Assembly (NCBI GenBank): GCA_951406725.2
Contig: OX597814.1
Span: forward strand, 153,326,001-153,390,000
DNA length: 64,000 nucleotides
Source of the DNA: Octopus vulgaris
Taxonomy: Eukaryota
Direction: 5' to 3'
Shown here: one piece after another, positions 12,456-24,841 of the stretch
Layout of the letters: every line of letters starts with the position of its first letter
Position numbering within the stretch: the first letter of the stretch is position 1
Notes under the pieces: model-generated
What the model was told of the DNA's origin: nothing
Seen by the model: only the letters and a program-made list of their open reading frames with translations
Database searches by the model: none
Made by a program: the position numbers and the translations under genes

Positions 12456-12827
12456 CCTTTTACTTGTTTCAGTCATCAGATAGTGGCCATGCTGGGGCAC
12501 CGACATAAAGAATCATTAGCCAAATGAATTTACCCCAGTTCCTAATTTTGTTAAGCCTGGTACTTATTCTATCGGCCTCTTTTGCTGACCCACTAAGTTA
12601 CAGTGACGCAAGTGCACCGACACTAGTTGCCAAGCGACAGCTGGGGACAAATACACACACACACACAACAGGCTTCTCTTAGTTTGTCAACCAAATTCAC
12701 TCACAAAGCTTTGGTTGGTCCAAGGCTATGGTAGAAGACACTTGCCCAAGGTGCTGTGCAGTGGGACTGAACCTGGAACCATGTGGTTGGGAAGCAAGCT
12801 CCTTACAGCACAGCCATGCTTGCACCT
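12456..12827 (-). mobile_element. Full-length SINE A
   Basis: Colinear with 9362-9791. Confidence 0.9.
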
Positions 12828-13302
12828 CTAAAACATGTCAACAGCCAGTATGTTACAAAATTTTAAAGTTTCTCTAAGTTATTATATTCTGAGATATCAG
12901 CTCACTTTAGTTTGCTAAATTTTGACCTGTCTAAATGTTTCTGACATTTCCCTTTATATTGTTTTAGTCACATTTTCCACACATGACCAACAACTCACTT
13001 AAATGTAATGTGACAGTTTTTGTGATCAACTTTCACACCACAACACTGATTTTGAATTTCAGATGCTTCTTATTTATATCCCAATTAAAATATTAATATA
13101 ATACACACATATACAAATAATGGTTATGTTTGTAACTGAAATTCTGCCAATACATATCACAGCCTCCTTTGCTTCCCAACCATATGATTCCAGGTTCAGT
13201 CTCACTGCGTGGCACCTAAGACCAGTGTCTTCTACTATAACCTTAGGCTGACCAAAGCATTGTGAGTCGATTTGGTAGATGGAAGCTGAAAGAAGCCCAT
13301 CA

Positions 13303-13341
<39 letters not shown>

Positions 13342-13345
<4 letters not shown>

Positions 13346-13675
13346 GCAAGTGTCTTCTACTATAGCCTCGGGCCGACCAAAGCCTTGTGAGTGGATTTGG
13401 TAGATGGAAACTGGAAGAAGCCCGTCGTATATATGTATATATATGTGTGTGCGTGTATGTATGTGTGTCTGTGTTAGTCCCCCCAGCATTGCTTGACAAC
13501 CGATGTTGGTGTGTTTACGTCCCCGTCACTTAGCGGTTCGGCAAAAGAGACCGATAGAATAAGTACTGGGCTTACAAAGAATAAGTCCCGGGGTCGATTT
13601 GCTCGACTAAAGGTGGTGCTCCAGCATGGCCACAGTCAAATGACTGAAACAATTAAAAGAGAGAGTAAAAGAGAG
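13342..13675 (+). mobile_element. Young 5'-truncated SINE A
   Basis: CpG-rich, near-consensus copy beginning tgggcaagtgtcttc directly after (TA)n. Confidence 0.9.
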
Positions 13676-13721
13676 ATATATATATATATATATGATGAGC
13701 TTCTTTCAGCTTCCATCTATC

Positions 13722-13901
13722 AGTCGCCATGATAGATTGGTAGCCACTACACACATATTTTTTTTCTCTCCTTGTTTCTTTCTGTGAAAGAGCATAGGCT
13801 CGAAACGTAAAAGACTTTTTCAATTCCCGAGTGTTATACTAATACATCTGTTTGTTTTCTACACCATCTGTCTTCGTCTTTTGTTTTTTCGTGAATTCTC
13901 C

Positions 13902-13905
<4 letters not shown>
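13722..13905 (+). mobile_element. Penelope-like terminal-repeat fragment ending in (TA)n
   Basis: Contains a hammerhead-like fold at 13777-13814 and abuts a TA microsatellite. Confidence 0.6.
13777..13814 (+). ncRNA. Minimal type I hammerhead-like motif with diverged core
   Basis: tcttt-CTGTGAAA-gagc(atag)gctc-GAA-acgt-A-aaaga: 5-bp stem I, 4-bp stem II and palindromic ACGU stem III. The core deviates from CUGANGA at positions 6 and 8. Confidence 0.6.
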
Positions 13906-13970
<65 letters not shown>

Positions 13971-14109
13971 GTTTGTGTGTCTGTTTGTCCCCACCACAGT
14001 CACTTGGCAACTGATGCTAGTGTGTTTATGTCCCTGTAACTAAGCGTTCAGCAAAGTGACTGGTAGAATAAGTACTAGGCTTTTAAAACAAATGTCCTGG
14101 GTTCAATTT

Positions 14110-14446
14110 CATCATCATAATCATCCTTTAACATCCATTTTCCATGGTGGCATGGGTTGGACAGTTTGACTGAGGTCTGGAAAGCCAGCAACTGCACCAA
14201 GCTCCAATCTGATCTGGCAAGGTTTCTACAGCTGGATGCCCTTCCTAATGCCAACCACTTCGAGTGTGTAGTGGGTGCTTTTTATGTGCCACCAGCACAG
14301 GAGCCAGTCAGGCGGCCCTGGTATCAATTACGTTTGGATAATGGTTTTTACATGCCACTGGCATGAGAGCCAGTCAGGGGGCATTGGCATCAACCACGTT
14401 CAGATGGTGCTTTTTATGCACCACTGGCATGGGTGCCTGTCAAGGG
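14110..14446 (-). mobile_element. RTE-type 3' UTR inserted into the SINE A tail
   Basis: (CAT)n tail and TSD caattt at 14104-14109 and 14447-14452. Confidence 0.85.
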
Positions 14447-14599
14447 CAATTTGTTCAACTAAAACCCTTCAAGATGATGCCCCATCATGGCTGCAGTCAA
14501 ATGACTGAAATGAATAAAAGATAAGAGATAAGGTAATGTCACAAGAGCGATCAAGTTTTTTTAAACTTCAACATTCAGATTACTGTCAATTGTAATGCT

Positions 14600-15017
14600 T
14601 GTTTAATTACACTGTTTTAGTACCTCCTCTGTAGCAAGATAATTCTCTCTCTCTCTCTCCCAACTTTCTTGTCCTACTGGTGTAGCCAAGTGTCTCCTCT
14701 GAATTAAGACAACTATCCCTGACCTTCTATCATACTCCAACATCTTGCCAGGCAGACAGCCATTTGGCGACTCAGTGGGTACTGGTGACACTTAAAAAGC
14801 ACCCTTGCCAGTGCCACATAAAACGGTACCTGTGCTGGTGCCACATAAATAACACCCATGCTGGCACCATGTAAAAGCACTCATTACACTCTGTAAAGTG
14901 GTTGGTGTTAGAAAGGGCACTCAGCCATAGAAACCATGCCAAAATACAAGACTGCTAGCTCTAGTCAAACAGTCTAACCTGTACATGTATGGAGAACAGA
15001 TGTTAAATGATGATGAT
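14600..15017 (+). mobile_element. Family E body + RTE-type tail
   Basis: Same organisation as 11030-11494, with repeated gtgccacataaaa units and a (GAT)n end. Confidence 0.65.
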
Positions 15018-15019
15018 TT

Positions 15020-15179
15020 AAATTTATCTACATTATCTAGTATCTAAGATTTTGATGACATGATTGTTAATTTTTAGAATGACATTATATGCCAGGTGTG
15101 AGAGGCCAAATCAGGCTGGTTTAAACATAAAACAAGAAGAATATTTGGATTGGATATGGTCAGTTTAAATGCTAAAGGG
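15020..15179. mobile_element. piggyBac-type MITE family 2, right part
   Basis: Ends aatgctaaaggg-tcaa. The internal sequence matches 59430-59527, whose left end is ttaa-CCCTTTAGCATT. Confidence 0.65.
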
Positions 15180-15510
15180 TCAAGGTTTAAGGATATATGC
15201 TTTTTATCTATCAACACTTTGAAATACTAGGCTGTGAATTTAACAAGCTATTTTCTTTTTTCTGTAGTCAAAGTCACAAATGAAGACATATAGAACATTA
15301 TTGACTGTTCACATGTCACACAATTCTATCTATTATGAAGATGAAACCTAGATTACTAAGAGGCAAGGTTAATTTACATGGTATTGATGATGAAGTTCAC
15401 CAATTATTGTTAGTTATAAATTTATATCAGATATGCATGTCCATTCTAAAAAGCAAGACAAACATGCAACTAGAAAAGTGAGAAATGAAGAGGAAGTGTT
15501 GACAAAAGAA

Positions 15511-15641
<131 letters not shown>

Positions 15642-15786
15642 GGAGACACTATTTCGAGGATGACCAAATGGAAGTAGATGACATCTCACATGACTGACAA
15701 ACTGGAGAAAACATGGTTTTGTTTATGTATTACTGATATTTTTTGTTGTTGTTATATCATGTTGGTTATACACATTAGATATATAG

Positions 15787-17417
15787 ATTTAAGATAAGCA
15801 TCTGTATGGTGGGACGGATAAAAAAAAAAAAGTTGCTTCACATATATATAATTTGTCTGTTTCTGAGATATTGCTATTGCTGTAATGTTATTTTGAGAGT
15901 TATATGATAAGTGTATCTAAGGGGAAAAATAAAGGAAATAATCTTGGTTTATTGCTGATCAGTGCTAACAGTGACACTTTAAATCTAGTTGAATACAAGA
16001 GGGTATAGTACATTGAACACACAATTTGACCTAATGATGCCGACTAACTCCAGTATGGAGGTAACCAAAACATGAATGAGGATTTTATAAGATAGCAAAT
16101 TATTCGATGTGACAAATGCTTTCAAGGTAAAAAAAAATTGCAACAGTATCATCATCATCATTTAAGATCTGCTTTCCATGCTGTCAGGCATTAGATGGTT
16201 TGACAGGATCTGGCAAACCACAGGGTTGTGTCACCTTTAATGTTAGCTTGGCATGGTTTCTATGGCTGAATGCCCTTCTTAATGCTAACCACTTTACAAT
16301 GTGTACTGGGTGCTTACTTTGTGTCACTGGCACTAGTGTGATTGCAAAATAACTTGCAAGACAAAAACAGTATGAGTCTTTTCAATATTTTTTGCACCTC
16401 TATATTACTTTCTACTAAACTTGATGTCAAGATCTGGCATTTTGTTAAAGCTGGAAAATGTTTGAATCCATTTCAAATCACCGTTGAATTTCAATATCTG
16501 ATCTCATAACCACCACCTCTATCTTCTTTCTAGCTACTCCCACCCTTATATAATGTAGGGTGGCCATGTGTCTTCTCTTTAGCAAGACACTTGGGCTTGT
16601 CTCTTTATCATACTTTAGCTTCCCAATACCTGGCATAAAAACCACTGCCTTCATACCCTAAACACATACACATTTGAGAGAGCTTTTTCCCGTTCTTGCC
16701 TTGCAAGTTATTTTGCAATCACACTAGTGCCAGTGACACAAAAAGGGCACCCAGTACATATTGTAAAGTGGTTAGCATTAGGAAGGGCTTTCAGCCATAG
16801 AAACCATGTCAAGCTAACATTAAAGGTGACACAACCCTGTGGTTTGCCAGATCCTGTCAAACGATCTAATGCCTGACAACATGGAAAGCAGATCTTAAAT
16901 GATGATGATGATGATGATGATACAGTTGCAATTTTTTTTTACCTTGAAAGCATTTGTCACATCGAATAATTGCTATCTTATAAAATCCTCATTCATGTTT
17001 TGGTTACCTCCATACTGGAGTTAGTCGGCATCATTAGGTCAAATTGTGTGTTCAATGTGCTATACCCTCTTGTATTCAACTAGATTTAAAGTGTCACTGT
17101 TCACACTGATCAGCAATAAACCAAGATTATTTCCTTTATTTTTTCCCCTTAGATACATTTAGCATATAACTCTCAAAATAACATTACAGCAATAGCAATA
17201 TCTCAGAAACAGACAAATTATATATATGTGAAGCAACCTTTTTTTTTATTTTTTTATCAATTCCAACATACAGATGCTTATCTTAAATTAGATATTGAAA
17301 TTCAGTGGTGATTTGAAATGGATACAAACATTTTCCAACTTTAACAAAATGCAAGATCTTGACATCAGGTTTAGTAGAAAGTAATATAGAGATGCAAAGA
17401 ATATTGAAAAGACTCAT
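15787..17417. repeat. Paired inverted duplications around a ~190-bp spacer (A-B-C-A'-B')
   Basis: 15787-16370 is the reverse complement of 16691-17288, and 16372-16502 is the reverse complement of 17287-17417. Confidence 0.95.
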
Positions 17418-18654
17418 CGAAGAGTAGCATGGTTTCTGTTTCGATTCACTGCACTTAAAATGGGAACCTGTCAGTCTTTTGATTCTTGTAAGACATAAGT
17501 TATCTAACAAATCAGTCTAACCACCAACTCCCCACCCTCAGCGAAAAAAAAAGAAAAAGGAAAAGTCTTTTGTAATTATCTTTATAGGCATCATATTGAA
17601 AAATCAAACTTCAAGAAAATGTCAGTGAGTGAAATTGTTCCACAATGATATATTTCCTTAATACTATAAAAAAAAAAATCATTGAAAAGAAAAAATTTAT
17701 TGATTATGATTTTCTTAAAAAAACAAAAAGAAAGTTAGAGGCGGAGTGTCAGTGACCTTTGCAGACCCTCCCAGACTAGTGAGATTGATGTGGTTGATCT
17801 TTAGTTTAAAGATCTGTAGGCAGACATCAACTACAAAATAATAATAAATAATAAGAAAGGAAACCGTTGGCAGATATAGTTCTAGGAAGGAAAATGAAGT
17901 GTTTAATGTGAGATCCAATCACAATAAGGATTATTTTTAATGGGTTAGTCAGAAGATAAAGGTATTTTAAAAGGTTTCTAAGTATGGTAGTTGTAGTGAG
18001 GGGAAGGCAGAAGAAAGAACAACATGCAAATTATCCTGAAACTAGAGATTTGGTTTAAATGCTTGCAACTGGGTGAATTCTGCTAAAGTACTCAAAGGTA
18101 TGATAGTTAAACTGGGCAATAAAGTCAACCACAGTTACAGTTTCACTCACAGAGCTTGGGTTGACTCAAGGCTACAGTAGAAGACACTTGTCTATGGTAC
18201 CATGTCATGGAACCAAGCTATGTACATGCGGTTGCAAAGAAAACCTCTTTACCACACAGACACAAGGAAGAGAGAGAGTGTATTGGCTCAGTTAAGATGC
18301 AGCTAGCTACCTGAGAAGCTGTTGTGATAGTTCTTGTAGCATGTTGGAAAGAAATAGCACATACATTAATGTAGTAAACGAAAAATATTTCTGCATCCTC
18401 AAGTATATTAAAAATATTTTAAACTAATGTGGTTGTGGAATGAATCCTCAGAATATATGCTGTGTTCTTGTGAAAATAGCAATTAGCTAAGCAGCATTTA
18501 TTATGGATTAAAAAAATTAACAGAACAGTGGAGTTGAGTGGAACCTAATATCAGTTAACAAAACAAGAAACTGCTTCGATACACATCATTTTGTCAAAAA
18601 CATGGCATAAAATATACCCAGATGTCACTCCACAGCAATACTACATTTTGAGCT

Positions 18655-18855
18655 AATGAGCCTCGACATAGCTGAAACTGCTAGAAACAGCAACCAAATT
18701 AACCTTATATTACAACTGTCTTAATAAAAGGAAAACCACATTAGATAATGTAGTCCAGGATACTCCTAAAAAGACAGGGTTGTTATGGCTGGAATGTATT
18801 TGGTCATAGTTCTGTTCAGTCAGTATTGTCGGGCCTAGGGCTAAACAAAAACAAC
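18655..18855 (+). mobile_element. Old interspersed repeat family F (SINE-like 3' part, (AAC)n-like end)
   Basis: ctgctagaaa(c/t)agca(a/g)ccaa...catggctggaatg...ctagggctaaacaa is shared with 58015-58237 and the reverse complement of 37030-37230. Confidence 0.6.
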
Positions 18856-19599
18856 CAGTTATGTTTTAACCATAAGTTGGTTTTGGAGTACAGATTATAG
18901 TTTTGTATTTTATTAACACTTAATCATCATAATGCATATTGTTTGACTGGTGGTTCACATGCGACTTGTTATGAAAAGCTAAGTAAAATGTTTTGATAGG
19001 TGTTGTTTGACAGTATTTGGGCAGATGTAAAAGAAATAGACCTAATCTAAATGGGATAGAAAGCTGGGAATTATAGCAGGGATCAGAAACAAAAAACAGA
19101 TGTTGAGTTGCAAATTCATGCTAACACAAGGAAAATAAAAAAGTGAATCTTTGATAACTGATAATGATGCTGACAAAATGTTCTTATATATACTAAAAAA
19201 AACAAAAAAAAACCTATTTGTTTGGGGGTCAACAAATTCAAAACAAATTAGAAACCAAAGTAGCAGCTAGATTACCTATCTATAGCTCAGTTTTACACAA
19301 ATTACAAAGCAATTTGCACACTTTTCCCAGTTACCCATCCATCCATATCACGAGCACAAATACACTACACATTATTCCTTTAACAATTGTCGAAGACTTG
19401 AAAAATTTCTTCAAATATTTAAGAAGCTTTACTTTTTGGATTATAGATATTAACATTGATAATTTAGCCTTAAAGTCTTAGTCTGCTACCATTTGCTATC
19501 TAAATGTTTTATTATTGTTGCTAGTTTCTAGAGTACCTAATAAATAGCAACCAATTTAAAATAGAGTTCTTTCATATCAAACACACTAATTGTTTGCTA

Positions 19600-19770
19600 G
19601 TCTTTCAAATTTTGGCACAAGGCCAGCAATTTTTGAGAGAGAGAGGGGTTAGTTAAATACATTGATCCCAAAAGGACGAAAGGCAAAATTGACCATGGTT
19701 TCTGCAAAGAGACTGAAGAAATGTGGCAAATCATTTTGCCCAGTGGGTTAATGATTCTACTAGCTCACTG
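19600..19770 (-). mobile_element. SINE D, degenerate
   Basis: tttggcacaaggccagcaattt...aaaggacgaaaggcaaa...gattctactagctcac. Confidence 0.7.
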
Positions 19771-20000
19771 CAAGCCATTGGAATCTTTTTGCTTGTGAAC
19801 TCAAACAGTACAATGGAAACAAAGAACATGTCATGTTGCTATCACTCATGCCAGAACATTGTTCCCCGGTTGGGCCTGCACAAACAACCACTTATGGGGG
19901 AGTGGAGTAGAAGGCAGTTAGGAACATGAAAGATTGCAATCCATGCACAGTTGGACTGAAGCCAGAGGGAACACTGATGAAAATTCAAAATGCCTCAGAT

Positions 20001-20194
20001 GTGCAAATTGATTGCTGGAACAGAGTGTAGAGGACAAAGACCAATCATGTTGTCTGGTAGTTGGCTTCTCAAAGTTTCTCTCGGGATAGTTGGTGCCGTG
20101 CAAATTGATTGCTGGAACAGAGTGTAGAGGACAAAGACCAATCATGTTGTCTGGTAGTTGGCTTCTCAAAGTTTCTCTCGGGATAGTTGGTGCC
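20001..20194. repeat. Perfect 97-bp tandem duplication
   Basis: 20001-20097 is identical to 20098-20194. Confidence 0.95.
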
Positions 20195-21260
20195 AGTGGG
20201 AAAATGATATAGAGTTTCAAGTGGTAAAGAAAATAGCTGAAGGCCTTTGGGATATTGATAGCCTTAATCTACTCTTGGACTCAGAATAGGTGAAATAGGT
20301 TGCTTCTCTCCCATAATTGCTTAATATTAATTACTATACAATTCAGATTAATGTGTTAAAGAATTAACTCCAAAAAATATCATTAGAATATTTTCTGTCA
20401 TTTGTGAATCATTTATATTTTATAGCCATTTTTAAAGTATGTTAGATAGTGTTGCAGAATTACTTCTCTTTATCTTAACTCTTCTACGCAACTAAGTTAC
20501 ATATTCCTTATGTTCTAAGTTTTCATCTAAAGATTTTCAGTAGCCTACCATAATTCTTGCTACCTTTAATCAATCAGCAATCTAATGAGATTTATTCAGC
20601 CAGTTCTCAACACCAACTTTTATCATATAAACCTGAATCTAAGAGACTTTCATGTTTCTTCATTATATAATTAAATAGATTTTAACTTTTCACTCACATT
20701 AGTAAATTAGAAAGAATGTTATATAAACTTTCAGATTTTTTTCCCCGATTAACTTCAAATAAAAAGAACTTTGAACTAAAATCTTAATATCATGCAATTT
20801 GAAAATTAATTAGTTTTCTACATCTAAAACATTACACACAATTTCTTAAGTAGATTCTGAGACATACTCAGGGTCAGTAGACTACCACAATATTCTTTTG
20901 CTATCTTTAATAATTTTTTCTTTTTTCAGGCCCTCAAATCTTGGTGGAGTTCTTGAAGTGCTGTGACATATGGTGTCCCTTGGACAGATGAAACACAGTG
21001 GAACCCATCCTTCTGCAGTCCTGAACACTGCCTGTTTCTTCCAGAGAAAAAGATTGAGAAAATGAGAAAGAAAAAGAGAGAAAACTATTGATTCAGTATT
21101 TGATACATAGTTTATTGACCCTCAAAGAACTCAGAACAGAGAACTGTAATGAATACCACAAAGCATTCTAAGTTCTAATAACTCTTTCACTGCATTGCCT
21201 CCACCCAATAATTTACATAGTCATGAAACTCGATACTTTTGAGAGGAAAAGAGAAATTAA

Positions 21261-21449
21261 TCTTTTTGATACTAACCTACCCAAAACTACACGTTCTATG
21301 ACACAAAATTATTTTCAAGTGGCCTATATTAAAAGTTTCCATCTACATTTCATATTAATTTATGCTCTATTTTACCAAATACCTTGTTACTTTTAAAATT
21401 AAGAGAAACAAAAGCATCATGTTTTAACAGAAATATGGTAACAAGAGGG
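21261..21449. mobile_element. piggyBac-type MITE family 1, opposite orientation
   Basis: TTAA at 21257-21260 and 21450-21453. Ends aaatatggtaacaagaggg. Confidence 0.65.
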
Positions 21450-22395
21450 TTAAAATATGTGTTTCCTCGGAGTAGCAGCTAGTCGATTTAATCTTTTACC
21501 TAATTTAATACTACTACCTTACTCTTGAGGCTTTTTGTAGAGCCCACTTTATTGCAAGCATTCAGATCATATCTTTGAGGACATCAAAATATTTATAATC
21601 TTCACCCCATCAATAAGCATTACCAATATAAATGAAATGAAAGAGTCCATCCAAATGTCTGAATATACAAATCCATCCAACTTATAGCAACATACTGACA
21701 ATGTGAAAATGCTTTTAGAAGACTTCACTCAAATCATTTTAATTCTACCATAATTAATTAATCACAGAATTTATCAGTTCTAATAGCATATTTCTACAAA
21801 CATAGGTTTCTTTTTTAAAGTGGTTTGCCATTGATATCAAGAATTACTCCTACCTTTGTCAAGAATTACTAAATGAACGTCATAAGAAAAGCGCTTTTAT
21901 TTGGTTAAATTTTGAATAGAAGCATTTTATTCTGTCTTTAAACTGTATGTGCTCTATATCAAATCTAAACGATAGTCCAATGTTAGTATTTCCTCTACCA
22001 GTCATCTTGTCAATCAGGTCTTTATGCACTTAACTACCATTCACAGATAATTGAGTATTTTTTCTTGTAAAATTGAATGGATATGATACTTTCGAGGAAA
22101 CATTGAGAATAAAGATTTCTTACACAGGCACAAAACTAATTGCTAAAGTGGAGTTGTATAACTAATATAATTAATACTATTATACTGATGTACTTATTTT
22201 TTTTTACGTGTACAGTGTGCAGACAATCAATCCTGAAAGAATTTGACAGAACTTGAGGTCTGGATGCTATGGTCAGATCAAAACTTTGGCTCATTGTTTA
22301 TCTTTCCTCAATATGTCTAGAGCTTTGATTAACTGAAGTATTTTTTGCTTAGAAATTACTTTGCCAGTTTTAAATTAAGTTTATTATATATATAT

Positions 22396-22471
22396 ATAGT
22401 TATCGCCATACTAATATGGCATTCTTATAAAAATAAGAATAAGAATGCCATATTAGTATGGCGATAACTAT
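22396..22471. repeat. Perfect 33-bp inverted repeat with 10-nt spacer in a short element between (TA)n runs
   Basis: atagttatcgccatactaatatggcattcttat / ataagaatgccatattagtatggcgataactat. Confidence 0.95.
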
Positions 22472-22531
22472 TATTTTCCGGGAACGCTGCCGCTGTTCTC
22501 TTTTAGAGAGACTTAGTAATTTTAATATTTC

Positions 22532-22535
<4 letters not shown>

Positions 22536-22590
<55 letters not shown>
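22536..22590. repeat. (TA)n microsatellite
   Basis: Direct observation. Confidence 0.95.
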
Positions 22591-22596
<6 letters not shown>

Positions 22597-23116
22597 GACA
22601 ATACAGAAATTGTTCCTGAGCTAGACCTGCTATTTAGTCTTAACACCTAGCTATATTTTCATTAAAAAAAATAGTGTACCCAATAGCAAGGAATGTGATT
22701 TCAACCATCCTTTTTGATATTTTGAGCAGTATATCTTAAAAAAAAACAAAAAAACAGTAAACTATTTTCTCTTCATCTTTACAGCATGATTGAGAACACA
22801 CATTTTGTGTGTATGTGTGTATATGTATGTGAACATACACAAATGCACATATGAAAAAGACAAGAGATCATTTGTATCTTGAGGAAGCACTAATGGAGAC
22901 ATAGCAAAGTAGTCCAAGTAAAAATAGCAGACAGTTCACAGTGAATGAATATATGGCTAGTGGTTTATGTGGCACTGCAGGTGAGCAGTCTCATTAAGCA
23001 TATTTCTGGAAAACACTTTTAGGGATAGTCAATATATTCACTTTTTTTTATTTTTTAACAAATGTTCATGTGAGAGCAAGCAAATGCACAAGTTTTATAC
23101 ACACACACACATATAT

Positions 23117-23120
<4 letters not shown>

Positions 23121-23190
<70 letters not shown>
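23121..23190. repeat. (GA)n microsatellite
   Basis: Direct observation. Confidence 0.95.
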
Positions 23191-23192
<2 letters not shown>

Positions 23193-23824
23193 CACAAAGA
23201 GCATTAGTTGAATGTGTATAAATAGGCATGTACTTTTGAAAAATTATAAAACTGACAAATTTACTCAAGTGTGAGAATTTAAAATCTGCAACTATCTACT
23301 GAAATTATTTCAATGTATTTCTTGATCTGACTGCTGCCTCCTGTACAGAATATAGAGCTTTGATGAATAACAGACTAAACCAGTCAGTACTGACTGAATA
23401 TCAGCGCATCTTTGCAGTTCAGCAGAAATAATTGGCACCAATGAGGAAGCTGCAAAAGGTGGTCAGTCAACCTGCAAGAAATAGCAGCCAAATCTCAACC
23501 TACTGCCTTAAATACTGTGGGATAGGTGAGAGTAGCTAAAAAGAAGACAATGATGGTGGTGATGAGGTGTAAGAGCATACTCCCAAGATACAAGAAGGTG
23601 AATATAAGTGAGGATATAGACAATACAGGAAGGGTGGATGGATAAGGTGATCAGAGTATGAGAGGAGAGTGACAAATGGTTAGAGGTGACTGTAAAGGTG
23701 AAGGTAATGAACAGAACAAGGGTGGTGGTAGTCAACTGTAAATATCAGTATAGTATGGGGTGGGATGAATTGGCAGTTCAAGAAGGGAAGAGAGCAACAG
23801 TATAACAAATCTGTAAATGATGTG

Positions 23825-23856
<32 letters not shown>

Positions 23857-24841
23857 GATGTGTACAATGACAGAGATAGATGTCAGAGGTATGTAGGAGT
23901 GACAATAGCGAAAAAGGAAAAAAAAAAAAAAGTGGGCAGAGCCATGGATGGCAGATATACCAGGGCAAGGAGAACAACAGCATTGCCCTGGCATAGCTTA
24001 CTTTGATAATAAATCAGAATTTTGAACCATAGTGTTTACATCATTAACCATGATGTTTTTTTTGTTTCTTTTTTCAATATATGCAATGTAAGATGAACTT
24101 GAAAGTTAATTCTTTTCAAACCAATTCAAACACAAACAGATCAGCAACTCCAAATCTAATACTGACATTAATAGAAGATTCTAATAATATTCTTTTTATA
24201 ACTCTGACCAAGTTAACTGGATCTAAGGGACAAAGGGTTTATTTGCTTTAAGGAGAGGAAGAATTATGAAATATTTTATATCCACCTAGGAAATGATATA
24301 CTTTTATATGTAAAAACTCAGCCAAACATTTTTCAATAAGGTTAGAACCTAAACTGATAAACCATCTTGCAGAACACACAAAAAATAATAATGAACCTCT
24401 GGTTGCTCACACGAACATACTTGAAGTAAACATCATAATTAAGTAACAAAGAGAAACTTAAGACTTTCTGTCTTTAGCTAATCCAAGCATTTTTCGTATC
24501 CTTATAGTTTCTGTAACAAGCTCATTTTAGAGAATGTAATCTGACTGAATTTCAACTAATGACGTCCAAAATATTCTTTTGGAGAAGATCCATACTACTA
24601 TGATTGCCAAGTTAGTTGTTAAAGCTCACTACCAAAAATTACAGAATTTGTTTCAGTACTGAAGGGCTTTAAGATGACATTTCTTGGTTCTGAGTTAAAC
24701 TCTTTAATTTCACTTTCAGTAATTGATAAAGGAATAAACTGCAAGATTTATAATGGATAAATGTAATATATACAGTCACCTGTACAGTAAAAGCTGATAG
24801 GAAACATTATTAATGTAGAGTGACTGCTATACTGGTAAAAT

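Larger units (their letters stand above)
13155..14530 (+). mobile_element. Old SINE A acting as host for three later insertions
   Basis: Head 13155-13310. The 3' half lies at 13965-14109 and 14447-14530. Confidence 0.75.

Noticed and set aside
20868-21031. Candidate minus-strand exon (pyrimidine tract, cag|GCAGTG...CTGA|gtatgt)
   Set aside because: Stops in all three frames and no similarity to ZMYND19 exon 3. An upstream AG weakens the acceptor. It could only be a poison or non-coding exon, which I cannot support without RNA data.
21880-22050. Minus-strand open stretch with IDKMTGRG resembling ZMYND19 FDKNRGRG
   Set aside because: The surrounding residues and splice sites do not fit, so this is a chance match.
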